Assembly: GCA_963708075.1 (NCBI GenBank)
Contig: OY970194.1
Span: forward strand, 7,168,001 to 7,232,000
Direction: 5' to 3'
Length of the DNA: 64,000 nucleotides
From: Sedimentisphaerales bacterium
GTDB taxonomy: Bacteria; Planctomycetota; Phycisphaerae; Sedimentisphaerales; Anaerobacaceae
This document shows, piece after piece, positions 35,528 to 45,794 of the stretch (positions are counted from its first letter, which is position 1; the number at the start of each line of letters is the position of its first letter). Under the pieces are notes generated by a model. The model saw nothing but the letters and a program-made list of their open reading frames with translations. It was not told the DNA's origin and did not search any database. The position numbers and the translations under genes were made by a program.

Positions 35528-36605
35528 CCACGTACATGCCGCCGGGCAATGGCGAAGATACGTGCCACAGGTCCTGGTAGCGATAACAGTGGCGGCTTTG
35601 CCGGCTTGGATCGCCGCAGGGATCTGGTGGGATACGCCGCGTGCGTGGGCGACCCTCCTGACGGATTTCCTGTTCCTGAGCTCGCTGTCGGCGGGCTTGG
35701 TGGTCTGGCCGGCGATTGTCGTGGTCAGCCGTGGCAACTGGATGGGCCCGACGCAGCGAACGGCTCTGGCAGGCGTGGTGTTGCTGCCCGTGTGTGTGCT
35801 GATGCTTCTCGTGTTGATCCTTGGAGCCCGCTACTGGGCTCCCTGGTTGGGCCATTCTTTACCCAATAGCTGGTGGCTGGATGCCCGCTTTCTCTTCCCT
35901 CGCGACGTGATCGCGCTGATGGCATTCAGCGGCCTGGCCTGGTGGTTTGCCCGGGACATGAAGAGAGGACGGCAACCCAGGAAGCTCGCGGCGTGGCTGA
36001 TCCTCGCATACGCCATCGCCTTTTCCATCCTGGGCATCGACCTTGGAATGGCACTCGACCCGCACTGGTACAGCCAGGCCTTCGGTGTCTATTTCTTCAT
36101 TTCGGGCCTGTACATCGCGATGGCCGGCTGGATGTTCATGACCGCCGTGGCGGATGAGACGGCCAAGCCTGGTCACCTCCAGGACCAGGCAAAGCTGCTC
36201 ATCGCGTTTAGCATGTTGACCGCCTACCTGATGTACTCCCAACTGCTTCCGATCTGGTATGAGAATATGCCGCACGAGACGCGTTTCCTCGTGCCCCGCA
36301 TGAATGCCGTGACACGCTGGCCTGTGATGAGCGCAATTCTGCTTGGCGTCGTCTACCTGGGACCACTCGTGCTGCTTCTGCCTCGCCGCGCCAAACGAAG
36401 CGCCCGCTACGTCGCGATCGTTGCGGCGCTCGTCCTGGCGGGCATGTGGGTGGAGCGCTGGTGGCTGGTCATGCCGAGCCTGGGCAAGCCGCTTGGATTC
36501 GGGCTCGCTGAAATCGCAGGCGTTCTGGCTCTGGTGGCAGGGGGCTTGTTGTTCGTCCGTTGGGCCAGTCACATCCGGCACGAGAGTCAACTGCAATCCG
36601 CATGA
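35517..36605 (+). CDS. actF: Alternative complex III ActF-like membrane subunit
   Basis: Multi-TM protein with D..MALDPHWYS..FG.YF and YLMYSQLLPIWYENMPHET, which are ActF-type motifs. Confidence 0.85.
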   Translation: MSNSHVHAAGQWRRYVPQVLVAITVAALPAWIAAGIWWDTPRAWATLLTDFLFLSSLSAGLVVWPAIVVVSRGNWMGPTQRTALAGVVLLPVCVLMLLVLILGARYWAPWLGHSLPNSWWLDARFLFPRDVIALMAFSGLAWWFARDMKRGRQPRKLAAWLILAYAIAFSILGIDLGMALDPHWYSQAFGVYFFISGLYIAMAGWMFMTAVADETAKPGHLQDQAKLLIAFSMLTAYLMYSQLLPIWYENMPHETRFLVPRMNAVTRWPVMSAILLGVVYLGPLVLLLPRRAKRSARYVAIVAALVLAGMWVERWWLVMPSLGKPLGFGLAEIAGVLALVAGGLLFVRWASHIRHESQLQSA

Positions 36606-36614
36606 GGTGGCCGT

Positions 36615-37136
36615 TTGGAGTCAGGGCGCTACAGGCCAAGAACCATTCTGATTCTGGTCATCTCCATTGTGGTCGTCAGCGTGCTTACTGTCCTTGGTGC
36701 GGCCTACTACCCGTGGTGGCTTGGCCCCAGGCAGCCCATCCCATTCAGCCATCGGATCCATGCGGGGACGAGGGAAATCAGTTGCCTGTTCTGCCATCCG
36801 GGCGCCTTGACCAGATCTGTGGCAGGCATGCCACCGGTGGAGACGTGCGTTCTCTGTCACAACAGGATCATCACTCACTATCCGGAGATCGAGCGGGTGC
36901 GCCTGCACTACAAGCAGGCCGAACCGATCCTCTGGGTTCGTGTCTCGAATCTGCCCGACTACACTCACTTCGATCACAGCATGCATTTGATCGCCGGTGT
37001 AGACTGTGGAAAATGCCACGGGGACGTCAAAGCCATGGATCGTTTCGTACTTCGCCGGGAATTCACGATGGGTTTTTGCATCCAGTGCCACCGCGACAAC
37101 AACGCCACCCACGATTGCTTTACCTGCCACTATTAG
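36615..37136 (+). CDS. actA: Alternative complex III pentaheme cytochrome c ActA
   Basis: N-terminal TM, QPIPFSHRIH, five CxxCH (CLFCH, CVLCH, CGKCH, CIQCH, CFTCH), and WVRV.NLPDY.HFDHS.H. Confidence 0.9.
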   Translation: MESGRYRPRTILILVISIVVVSVLTVLGAAYYPWWLGPRQPIPFSHRIHAGTREISCLFCHPGALTRSVAGMPPVETCVLCHNRIITHYPEIERVRLHYKQAEPILWVRVSNLPDYTHFDHSMHLIAGVDCGKCHGDVKAMDRFVLRREFTMGFCIQCHRDNNATHDCFTCHY

Positions 37137-37142
37137 GGGAAC

Positions 37143-38533
37143 ATGAGAACAGACTACTTTCGACGCCCGAACAGTACGGCCCTGGCTTTCATGGTGGGAG
37201 GGGCCGTGTGGTTTGTCCTGGGGACATTCTACGGACTGTTGACCTCGATCCAATTCATTTCCCCGGAGTTCTTCAACAATATCCCCTGGCTGGTTTTCGG
37301 TCGGATACGCCCGATCCATGTGAACACCGTGATCTATGGCTTTGTCGCCGGCACGCTGATTGGCTGCGGAGTCTATTATGCTCCCTCGCTGTTGCGCACG
37401 AAGCTCTGGTCGGAGCCCCTGGGCTGGGTCAGCTTCGGGCTGTGGACCATCGCCGTGCTGGGTGGACCACTCGGCATTTCGTTCGGCTACAGTCAGGGCC
37501 GCGAGTACGCGGAGTATCCTTGGATAGTGGATCTCGCCCTTGTCGGGGCGGTCGTCACGATGCTGCTCAACGCGGTCATGACCCTGTTCAACCGTACGGC
37601 CAACGTGCTGTACGTTTCCGTGTGGTACTTCGTCGGGACGTTCCTGTGGACGTCGGCCGTTTATCCAATTGGGAACGTGATGTGGCATCCGAGCACGGGG
37701 GCCGAGAGCGGCCTGCTCGACTCCATCTTCCTGTGGTTCTACGGCCACAACCTGGTGGGCCTGATTTTGACGCCCCTGGCCGTCGGGCGCAGCCTTCTAC
37801 GTGATTCCCTATATCGCAAACACTCCCTTATACTCCCACACGCTTTCCCTGATAGGCTTCTGGACGCTGATCATATTCTACTCACACATTGGCGCCCACC
37901 ACATCCTGCAGGCGCCGATTCCCAACTCGCTCAAAGCGGTCTCCGATAGCGGACTCATTGGCGATGGCAATCCCCGTATTCACGGTGCTGGCGAATCTGT
38001 GGATGACCGGTCGCGGCCGGGGCGGCGTGATACTCCACAATCCCTCCGGTCGGTTCGTCCTGGCCGGCTCGGTGTGGTACCTGGTGACCTGCGTCCAGGG
38101 TCCGCTGCAATCCCTGCCTGCCATGCAGGAAGTGACGCATTTCAACAACTGGGTGGTCGGGCACGCGCACATCTCGGTGCTGGGCTTCAGCGGCTTCATC
38201 GCCCTGGGCGCCATGTGGCTGGTTCTGCCTCAGGCCGCGGGGCGCAGAGTCTATTCCGCCGGACTTGTCTGGGCGCAGTTCTGGCTGATCATCTTCGGCC
38301 TGATCGGCTTTGGCATCGTCTTGACGATCGCCGGTCTGGTCCAGGGCCATGCCTGGTACAGTGGCGAGCTGGAATACGAGGTGCTGCCGTGGATTCATCC
38401 GTACTTCGTCATGCGAACAGTGTTCGGCACCGCGATTTTCAGTGGAGCGGTGATCGGCCTGTACAACGTCCTGATGACCCTGTACCGGGGGCCGCGGTTT
38501 GATCCTGCACTGGAGGAGGACGTGTTCGCGTGA
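37143..38533 (+). CDS. ccoN: cbb3-type (C-family) heme-copper oxygen reductase subunit I (frameshifts near 37790 and 37945)
   Basis: GRIRPIHVN, QGREYAE, WFYGHN, IGFWTLIIFYSHIGAHH (Tyr plus CuB His pair) and HFNNWVVGHAH, spread over three frames. Confidence 0.9.
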
Positions 38534-39651
38534 AGATGACTCCCGGACTGTTGCTTGTGGGTGGATTGATGGTGTTCTGGGCGTCGATCTCCATCATGGT
38601 GTTCATCCCTTCCGCCACGTTCGATCCGCCGCCATCCGACATTTGGAGGCTGCTGACGGACGAAGAAGAAGAGGGTCATCGCCTGTACGTGCGGAATGGA
38701 TGCAGCTATTGCCACTCGCAGTACATTCGTATCCTGGACCAGGGTCACGGCGCCAATCGCATCGCCCAGGCGGGCGATTATGTGGGCCGAAGCCCGCCGT
38801 TGCTGGGCACGGAGCGCACCGGGCCGGACCTGTCGCAGGAGGGCGGGGAGCGCCCCGACGACTGGCATGTCGCCCATTTCACCAATCCGCGTTTCACTAG
38901 CCCGCTGTCGCTGATGCCAAGCTGGGAGTTTCTCGGCGAAAGGAACATTGCAAGGCTCATCGCGTACATGCAGGCCGAAGGAGGAAAAGACGCTGACGTG
39001 CGAGTGGCCAGACAGAAGTGGTGGAAAGCAGAGTCCGTTGCGGCGCATCGGTCCGGGTCGGACGAGAATGTTCAGTGGCTGCACAGGCAGATCCCGGAGG
39101 TCTGGCAGAACATGCCGAACCCCTATCCAGCCACCGACGAATCGATTCTTCGCGGCAAGAAGACGTACCAGGAATTCTGCATGGGTTGCCACGGCACAGT
39201 TGGTGATGGGAAAGGTCCCGCGATGCCGCTCCTGGACCCACCCCCGCTCGACTTGACTCAGTTGCGAAGGAATCTTGTTCAGGGCAAGTACATCGGCGGG
39301 ATTCTCTACTACCAGATCATGAACGGCATCACCGGGACCTCCATGCCCTATTTCAAACGCTTCCTGGAGTCGGAGAAGATCTGGGATGTCTCGAACTACG
39401 TGGCGGTGAACTTCATCGGCTATACGGATTCCGACATCGAGCCGAAGGGGATCGACGCGGCGTACGAGCGGGAATGGGTGAATCCGTACAGGACACCAGA
39501 GGACCTGGAAAAGCAGGGTGGGCTGCCACCCATCATAAGCGAGTCCCGGCCCGATACTCCGCCGTCTTATGGACCGGGACATGGCCACATGCCGGCCCTG
39601 AGAAAACGCGAGGCCGAAAAGCCGACGGTGGACCAGCCAACCAATCACTGA
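38530..39651 (+). CDS. ccoO: cbb3 oxidase subunit II (CcoO) fused to a second class I cytochrome c
   Basis: YVRNGCSYCHSQYIR, GTERTGPDL, WHVAHFTNPR, SLMP; second domain NPYP...CMGCHG...GITGTSMP. Confidence 0.9.
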   Translation: MKMTPGLLLVGGLMVFWASISIMVFIPSATFDPPPSDIWRLLTDEEEEGHRLYVRNGCSYCHSQYIRILDQGHGANRIAQAGDYVGRSPPLLGTERTGPDLSQEGGERPDDWHVAHFTNPRFTSPLSLMPSWEFLGERNIARLIAYMQAEGGKDADVRVARQKWWKAESVAAHRSGSDENVQWLHRQIPEVWQNMPNPYPATDESILRGKKTYQEFCMGCHGTVGDGKGPAMPLLDPPPLDLTQLRRNLVQGKYIGGILYYQIMNGITGTSMPYFKRFLESEKIWDVSNYVAVNFIGYTDSDIEPKGIDAAYEREWVNPYRTPEDLEKQGGLPPIISESRPDTPPSYGPGHGHMPALRKREAEKPTVDQPTNH

Positions 39652-39664
39652 CCACGGGCACACC

Positions 39665-39934
39665 ATGTTCGAGTTGTACTTCATCAGAAATCGTTGGGTA
39701 ATTCTGGCCTGCGGAATCGGCCTTGTTCTTGTCCTCACTTTCTTCCTGGCCTATCTGGCAGGCAAGCGGCCGCGTCGCCCGGAGCTTTACCAATCCGCCG
39801 AATCGCCCAGGCCCTTCACCTGGCGAGAGACCTGGAATTACATGCCCTGGATTCTCGTGCTCACGTACATTGGCATGTTCATATACAGCGTCATCGACAT
39901 CATCTATAAGACCCGACACCCGCCGAACTACTGA
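39665..39934 (+). CDS. Small hypothetical membrane protein (2 TM)
   Basis: 89 aa with two hydrophobic segments, tightly packed in the oxidase operon. Confidence 0.75.
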   Translation: MFELYFIRNRWVILACGIGLVLVLTFFLAYLAGKRPRRPELYQSAESPRPFTWRETWNYMPWILVLTYIGMFIYSVIDIIYKTRHPPNY

Positions 39935-40203
39935 TGATACGATTCCAATTCGAAGAATACAGACCGGCCAGGCCCTTCTGGGGATGGATTATCGTCATCA
40001 CCGCCTCCATCCTCACCTTGAGTTGGGGCATGGTGTCTCACATGGCCGTCCCGGAGGTAGTCCGGCAGTGGGACTTCGGCGCCGTGCCGGATGCGCCGGG
40101 GCAAACCGCCTTTTCGACAGTTCCGCCGCCCGATGCTCCGGTTGTGCCGCGGCAGATTGAACTGCCGCCGGACTATGTCGCTCAGGATGTGAACAACCCA
40201 TGA
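39934..40203 (+). CDS. Small hypothetical membrane protein (1 TM, Pro-rich tail)
   Basis: 89 aa; TGATG and ATGA overlaps with both neighbours indicate translational coupling. Confidence 0.75.
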   Translation: MIRFQFEEYRPARPFWGWIIVITASILTLSWGMVSHMAVPEVVRQWDFGAVPDAPGQTAFSTVPPPDAPVVPRQIELPPDYVAQDVNNP

Positions 40204-40709
40204 GGACGTTCGGCATACTCATGCTTCTGGCCGGTGCGGCTGTCGTTGGAGCGGTGACTCTGTACCTGATGTTCTCGGGGCCGCGGATGCGCATTCAGCC
40301 GAAGATCGTCCCATCGCAGGCACAGATGCCGGCCACGCCACAAGGCGTTGTGACGGTCTCTATTGACCTATCCACCGTGCCCTCCCTCGAGGCGGCGGCA
40401 CAACCTCGCAATCCGCTGCCTGACACCGGGCACACGCGGCGTACCGGCCAGGTTTATTACGGCTACTATTGCACAGTCTGCCACGGACCGGCCGGCCGGG
40501 GCAACGGCGCCGTTGGCGTCAGTTACACGCCGGCGCCCACCGACCTGACTTCGTCGCCGGTCCAGGTGCTCTCTGATGGCGCGCTCTACAGGGCCATGCT
40601 CACCGGCATCGGTCATGAGCCCGTGCTGGGCTACGTGATCGACCCGAAACAACGCTGGTATGTCGTCAGCTACATACGTCATCTTCAGTCCTCCATCCAC
40701 AACAATTAA
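40200..40709 (+). CDS. Membrane-anchored monoheme cytochrome c, ActE-like
   Basis: TM anchor, M..QPK, NPL, G..YY..YCTVCHG..G.G.G, SDG.LY, RWYVVSYIRHLQ. Confidence 0.8.
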   Translation: MRTFGILMLLAGAAVVGAVTLYLMFSGPRMRIQPKIVPSQAQMPATPQGVVTVSIDLSTVPSLEAAAQPRNPLPDTGHTRRTGQVYYGYYCTVCHGPAGRGNGAVGVSYTPAPTDLTSSPVQVLSDGALYRAMLTGIGHEPVLGYVIDPKQRWYVVSYIRHLQSSIHNN

Positions 40710-40726
40710 AGAACAGGGGGTGTACC

Positions 40727-42226
40727 ATGAATCAACGCGGAAAGAGTATCCAGTGCCTTACCAGAAACATTTGTCTGCTCGCTTTATGCGTCGGCCTTCT
40801 CGCGAGTATGACGGCGCCGTCGTTCTCATCACAGCAGCAGCAGTGTAAGGATATCGCGAGGCAACTGTCGCAGGCGTTTGCCGGCACGGCGAAGACTGCC
40901 ACGCCTGCAGTCGTGTCGATCACGGTGGAGAAAACTGTCGATGTGGCTCCGACAATGGGATCGGAAGATGAGGGCCAGTATAACAATCCGTACGGTCCCT
41001 TTGGGGACGATTTCCTGCGGAGGTTCTTCGGCGAGAGGCTGCCTCAGTTTCGCTCTCCCCGCCGGTACCTGCAGCGCGGGCAAGGCTCGGGGTTCATCAT
41101 CAGCAAAGACGGCTACATTCTCACGAATAATCACGTTGTCGGTGACGTGGACAGGATGACCGTCACGCTGACGGACGGCCGTACATTCACCGATGCGAAA
41201 GTCGTTGGGACGGATCCCGACTCGGAGGTGGCCCTCATCAAGATCGAGGGTGACAACTTCCCTGTATTGCCCATGGGCGACTCCGACAAGATGGCGGTCG
41301 GCGACTGGGTGATAGCCATCGGCAACCCGTTTGGTCTGACGGAGACGGTCACGGTAGGAGTGATCAGTGCGGTGGGACGCAGTAACGTCCATATCACCGC
41401 TTACGAGGACTTCATCCAGACCGATGCGGCCATCAATCCCGGCAATTCTGGCGGGCCGCTCATCAACCTCGACGGGCAGGCCATCGGCATCAATACGGCG
41501 ATTGCCAGCCAGAGCGGCGGCTATATGGGGATTGGCTTTGCGATTCCGATCAACATGGCCCGTACCATCGAGGAGCAACTGAGAAAGACCGGCAGAGTGA
41601 TCCGCGGCTACCTGGGCATGTACGGCCAGGCCGTGACACCTCAGATGGCCGAGGTTTTGAAACTGGAAAAGGCGGCAGGCATCCTGGTGGCCCAGGTCGA
41701 GAAGGGCTCTCCCGCCGCTCAGGCCGGGGTGAAGCCCGGTGATGTGGTCCTGGCGATGAACGGAAAGCCGATCGACTCCTATGACGTCTTCAGGAATGAG
41801 ATCGCGACCATGAAGCCGGGCACCAAGGTTCAGTTCTCCGTCATGAGAGACGGCAAGGTCACGGATATTCCGGTGGTTCTCGGGGAGCGTCCCACCGAGG
41901 CGGCGCAGGCCAGGCAGCAGCAGGGTACCCCGGAGCCTCAGCAGACGCTTGGCATTGAGGTGCAGAATCTCACCAGGGAATGGGCTCAGCAGTTTGGCTA
42001 CCAGCCGGGTGATGGTGTCATTGTCTCGCGTGTTGTCCCGGGCGGTCCCGCCGACGAGGCCGGAATCGAGCCGGGTGACCTCATCCGCAGCGTGAATCGA
42101 CAGCCCGTCGCCTCGACGGGTGACTTCGGCAAGGCGATCACCGAGGCAAAGAAGGCCGGGCAAGCCCTCCTGCTCATCCAGCGGGGCGAGTTCTCGCAGT
42201 TCATCCTGGTGCCATTTGCCCAGTAG
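40727..42226 (+). CDS. degP: DegP/HtrA (Do) periplasmic serine protease with two PDZ domains
   Basis: GSGFII, LTNNHVV, IQTDAAINPGNSGGPL, two PDZ domains. Confidence 0.95.
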   Translation: MNQRGKSIQCLTRNICLLALCVGLLASMTAPSFSSQQQQCKDIARQLSQAFAGTAKTATPAVVSITVEKTVDVAPTMGSEDEGQYNNPYGPFGDDFLRRFFGERLPQFRSPRRYLQRGQGSGFIISKDGYILTNNHVVGDVDRMTVTLTDGRTFTDAKVVGTDPDSEVALIKIEGDNFPVLPMGDSDKMAVGDWVIAIGNPFGLTETVTVGVISAVGRSNVHITAYEDFIQTDAAINPGNSGGPLINLDGQAIGINTAIASQSGGYMGIGFAIPINMARTIEEQLRKTGRVIRGYLGMYGQAVTPQMAEVLKLEKAAGILVAQVEKGSPAAQAGVKPGDVVLAMNGKPIDSYDVFRNEIATMKPGTKVQFSVMRDGKVTDIPVVLGERPTEAAQARQQQGTPEPQQTLGIEVQNLTREWAQQFGYQPGDGVIVSRVVPGGPADEAGIEPGDLIRSVNRQPVASTGDFGKAITEAKKAGQALLLIQRGEFSQFILVPFAQ

Positions 42227-42334
42227 TCTGCCGGCAAGCTGCGTTCGACAATGCCACCAAGCCAGGTAACCAGCCTGCGGGGTGGGCTCGTAGCTGCGCA
42301 GTATCCGTGCGAGCTGTGAAGGACAAGGGTATCT

Positions 42335-42742
42335 ATGGATGCACCGGTCTGGCCGCTGGCCGTCTATTTCATCGCCGTTGTGTCTCTCGTGGCGGCGATC
42401 ATCGTCGTGTCGTATCTTCTCGGACAACGTCACAAGGACCCGACCACAGGCGAGGCCTATGAGTCCGGCGTTCCGCCGACGGGCTCGGCGCGCCTGCGTT
42501 TCTCCGTCGATTTCTACCTCGTGGCAATGCTCTTCGTGATCTTCGACGTGGAGTCGATCTTCATTTTTGCCTGGGCCATCGCCTGGCGGGAGTTGGGCTG
42601 GGCCGGGTATGTCGAGGTGCTGATCTTCATCGGGATTCTGTTGGCCGCACTCGTGTACCTCTGGCGGGTCGGCGCCCTGGACTGGGGCACGGTTCGGTAC
42701 CAGAAGGTGCGGCGAAGAGAGGAATCGCATAATGTTCCGTGA
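42335..42742 (+). CDS. nuoA: NADH-quinone oxidoreductase subunit A
   Basis: [23 protein letters not shown]. Confidence 0.95.
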   Translation: MDAPVWPLAVYFIAVVSLVAAIIVVSYLLGQRHKDPTTGEAYESGVPPTGSARLRFSVDFYLVAMLFVIFDVESIFIFAWAIAWRELGWAGYVEVLIFIGILLAALVYLWRVGALDWGTVRYQKVRRREESHNVP

Positions 42743-43374
42743 CAATGGCTCGCCGGATTACTTCTCCCGCAGGCTGGGCTTGGCGGAAGAGTCTCTCGAT
42801 CTCCCAGCCGAGCGAAACATTCTGTTCGCCCGATTGCAGGACCTGGTGGCCTGGGCCCGCAAGAACTCTGTGTGGCCCTTCAACTTCGGTCTCTCCTGCT
42901 GCTACGTCGAGATGGCGACCAGCCTGACGAGCAAGTACGACATCGCGCGTTACGGCTCGGAGGTGATCCGGGGCTCGCCCCGCGAGGCGGATCTGATGGT
43001 GATCGCCGGCACGGTGTTCATCAAGATGGCGCCGACGATCAAGCGCCTGTACGAGCAGATGATGGAGCCCCGGTGGGTTATTTCCATGGGCTCCTGCGCC
43101 AACTCCGGGGGGATGTACGACATCTACAGCGTTGTGCAGGGCGTGGACAAGTTCCTGGGCGTGGATCGTCTATGTCCCGGGCTGCCCGCCTCGGCCGGAG
43201 GCCCTCATGGAAGGGCTGCTGTTGTTGCAGCAGGCGATTGGCATCGAGCGACGGCCTCTGAGCTGGGTGGTCGGGCCGCAAGGCGTTATCCGGCCGGACC
43301 TGCCGAGCCAGAGGGACATCAAACGATCCGACCGCCAAAAGACAACGAATCTACCGTCTCCGGATCACATCTGA
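42732..43374 (+). CDS. nuoB: NADH-quinone oxidoreductase subunit B (frameshift near 43165)
   Basis: [41 protein letters not shown] lies in the next frame. Confidence 0.93.
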
Positions 43375-43419
43375 GACAAACACCAACTCTCCTATAGGCT
43401 CTAACAGAATGAGTCTTAC

Positions 43420-43496
43420 CATGTCACCCCCGCGCAGGCGGGGGTCCAGGATCGTTCGATAGGTGGTTGGATTCCCGCCTTCGCGGGAATGACATG
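43420..43496. repeat. Inverted REP doublet (GTCATTCCCGCGAAGGCGGGAATCCA family) inside the nuo operon
   Basis: TGTCACCCCCGCGCAGGCGGGGGTCCA ... TGGATTCCCGCCTTCGCGGGAATGACA. Confidence 0.85.
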
Positions 43497-43547
43497 CGGG
43501 CAGCCCTGGCATGTCTTCATCGTATTAGAGACTCTTAGCAGGTCACA

Positions 43548-45296
43548 ATGGCTGTTCCTTCTGTCGTGGTGCAGGAACTCCGGGACAAGTTCGGGGCCGA
43601 GGCGGTGCTCGAACAGATGACGCAGGATGCGGTGTCGACGCTCTGGGTCGGCGGGGATCAAGTCACGGGCGTTCTGCGATATCTGAAGCGCGAGGCCGCC
43701 AAGCCGTACCGCATGCTCTACGACCTGACGGCCATCGACGAGCGGACACGCGCGAATCGCTCCAACCAGCCCGACAGCGATTTCACGGTGGTCTATCAGC
43801 TCTTTTCGTTCGACCGGAACGAATACATCCGGATCAAAGTCGCACTGAAAGGGGAGTACCCGTCCATTCATACGATTACGGACTTGTGGCCGTCCGCCAA
43901 CTGGTATGAGCGTGAGCTTTGGGACATGTTCGGCATCAAGGTGGAGGGGCACCCTGACCTGCGGCGCATCCTCATGCCGCCGTGGTGGGACGGGCATCCT
44001 CTTCGCAAGGAGCATCCCGCCCGGGCGACGGAGATGGAGCCGTTCCGGCTGCCCGATGAACGGCGCATCGAGTACGAAAGGCAGATGGAATTCAATCCGA
44101 AGCACTGGGGTCTTGAGACGCACAGGGCAGGAACGGACCTGATGTTCCTGAACCTGGGCCCGCAGCATCCGGGCACGCACGGCATCCTGCGCCTGGTGCT
44201 GCAACTGGAGGACGAGGAAATCGTCAACGTGGTGCCGGACATCGGGTTTCACCATCGGGCCGCGGAGAAGATGGGGGAGCGGCAATCGTGGCACACGTAC
44301 ATCCCGTACACCGACCGCGTCGATTATCTGGGCGGCGTGGTGAACAACCTGGCATACCTGCTGCCCGTGGAAATGCTGGCCGGTATCGAGGTGCCCGACC
44401 GGGCGAAAGTCATCCGGGTCATGATGTCCGAGCTGTACCGGATCTCCTCCCACCTGGTCTTCTTCGGCACATTCGCCCAGGACCTGGGCGCCCTGTCTCC
44501 GGTCTTTTACATGTTCACCGATCGCGAGCACATCCTGGGCATCACGGAAGCGATCTGCGGCGGGAGACTGCACCCGAACTGGTTTCGCATCGGCGGCGTC
44601 GCCCAGGACCTGCCGGTCGGCTGGGATCACCTCGTGCGGGACTTCCTGCGATACATGCCCGCGCGGCTCCGGGAATACGACAAGATGGTCCTGCGCAACC
44701 GCCTCTTCAAGGCCAGAACACAGGGCATCGGCGTATATACGATTGAGGAGGCTATCGAATGGGGGGTCACCGGGCCGAACCTGCGGGCCTGCGGTCTCGA
44801 ATGGGATTTCCGCAAGAAGATGCCGTATTCGGGATACGATCAATTCGAATTCGACATTCCTATCGGCCGCTATGGAGATGCTTACGACCGGGCCGCCGTC
44901 CGGGTCGAGGAAATGCGCCAGAGCCTGCGGATCATCCAGCAGTGCGTGGACAACATGCCTCCGGGACCGTACAAATCAGCCCATCCGCTGACCACGCCCC
45001 CGCTGAAGGAGAAGACGATGTACGACATCGAGACGCTGATCGATCATTTCCTCAACGTGAGCTGGGGCCCACCCATTCCCGCCGGCGAGGCGTTCTTCGG
45101 CATCGAGGCGACCAAGGGCAACAATGGCTATTACCTGATCAGCGATGGCAACACCGTCTCGTACCGCACCCGGATTCGCGCGCCGTCGTTTCCTCACCTC
45201 CAGACGCTGTCATGGCTGCCCCGCGGACTGATGATCTCGGACCTGATCGCGATCCTCGGAAGCATTGATTTCGTCATGGGAGACGTAGACCGCTGA
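43548..45296 (+). CDS. nuoCD: NADH-quinone oxidoreductase fused subunit C/D
   Basis: [56 protein letters not shown]. Confidence 0.96.
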   Translation: MAVPSVVVQELRDKFGAEAVLEQMTQDAVSTLWVGGDQVTGVLRYLKREAAKPYRMLYDLTAIDERTRANRSNQPDSDFTVVYQLFSFDRNEYIRIKVALKGEYPSIHTITDLWPSANWYERELWDMFGIKVEGHPDLRRILMPPWWDGHPLRKEHPARATEMEPFRLPDERRIEYERQMEFNPKHWGLETHRAGTDLMFLNLGPQHPGTHGILRLVLQLEDEEIVNVVPDIGFHHRAAEKMGERQSWHTYIPYTDRVDYLGGVVNNLAYLLPVEMLAGIEVPDRAKVIRVMMSELYRISSHLVFFGTFAQDLGALSPVFYMFTDREHILGITEAICGGRLHPNWFRIGGVAQDLPVGWDHLVRDFLRYMPARLREYDKMVLRNRLFKARTQGIGVYTIEEAIEWGVTGPNLRACGLEWDFRKKMPYSGYDQFEFDIPIGRYGDAYDRAAVRVEEMRQSLRIIQQCVDNMPPGPYKSAHPLTTPPLKEKTMYDIETLIDHFLNVSWGPPIPAGEAFFGIEATKGNNGYYLISDGNTVSYRTRIRAPSFPHLQTLSWLPRGLMISDLIAILGSIDFVMGDVDR

Positions 45297-45323
45297 ACCC
45301 GGATTGATTCATGAAGGTACGCC

Positions 45324-45792
45324 ATGCTCACGGATGAAGAGAGAAGAGAGATCGACGAGGAGCTGCGGAAGTACCACAGGAAGTCCGCCGCCGCTTCCGA
45401 GGCCCTCAAAATTGTCCAGAAATATCGCGGCTGGATCTCCGATGAGAGCCTCGACGATATTGCACGATACCTGGACATGACCAATGACGAGCTCGACAGC
45501 GTCGCCACGTGCTACAATCTCATCTTCCGAAAGCCGGTCGGCAGGCACATCGGATCTTTGTCTGCGACAGCGTCAGTTGCTGGCTGATGGGCTATGAGCA
45601 GATCCTCGAGCATATCAAGCGTCGACTGGGCGTCGGAGTTCGGTCAAACCACCCCCGACGGGCGTTTCACGCTGTTGCCCATTGCCTGTCTCGGCGCCTG
45701 CGACAAGGCGCCCGTCATGATCGTCGATGAACGATCTCCACGTCGAGCTGAGCCCGACGAAAGTGGACGAAATTCTTGACCAGTACTGGTAG
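45324..45792 (+). CDS. nuoE: NADH-quinone oxidoreductase subunit E (about 3 frameshifts)
   Basis: [39 protein letters not shown]; manual reading ends VDEILDQYW* at 45792. Confidence 0.88.
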
Positions 45793-45794
45793 CT

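Noticed and set aside
37143..38533. Nitric oxide reductase instead of oxygen reductase
   Set aside because: It has the C-family WxYGHN motif and the helix VII Tyr before the HH pair; the NorB HLWVEG glutamate motif is absent; it is followed by ccoO.
42732..45296. Group 4 [NiFe] hydrogenase
   Set aside because: The large subunit lacks the CxxC Ni-binding motifs, and the full nuoEFG module is present.
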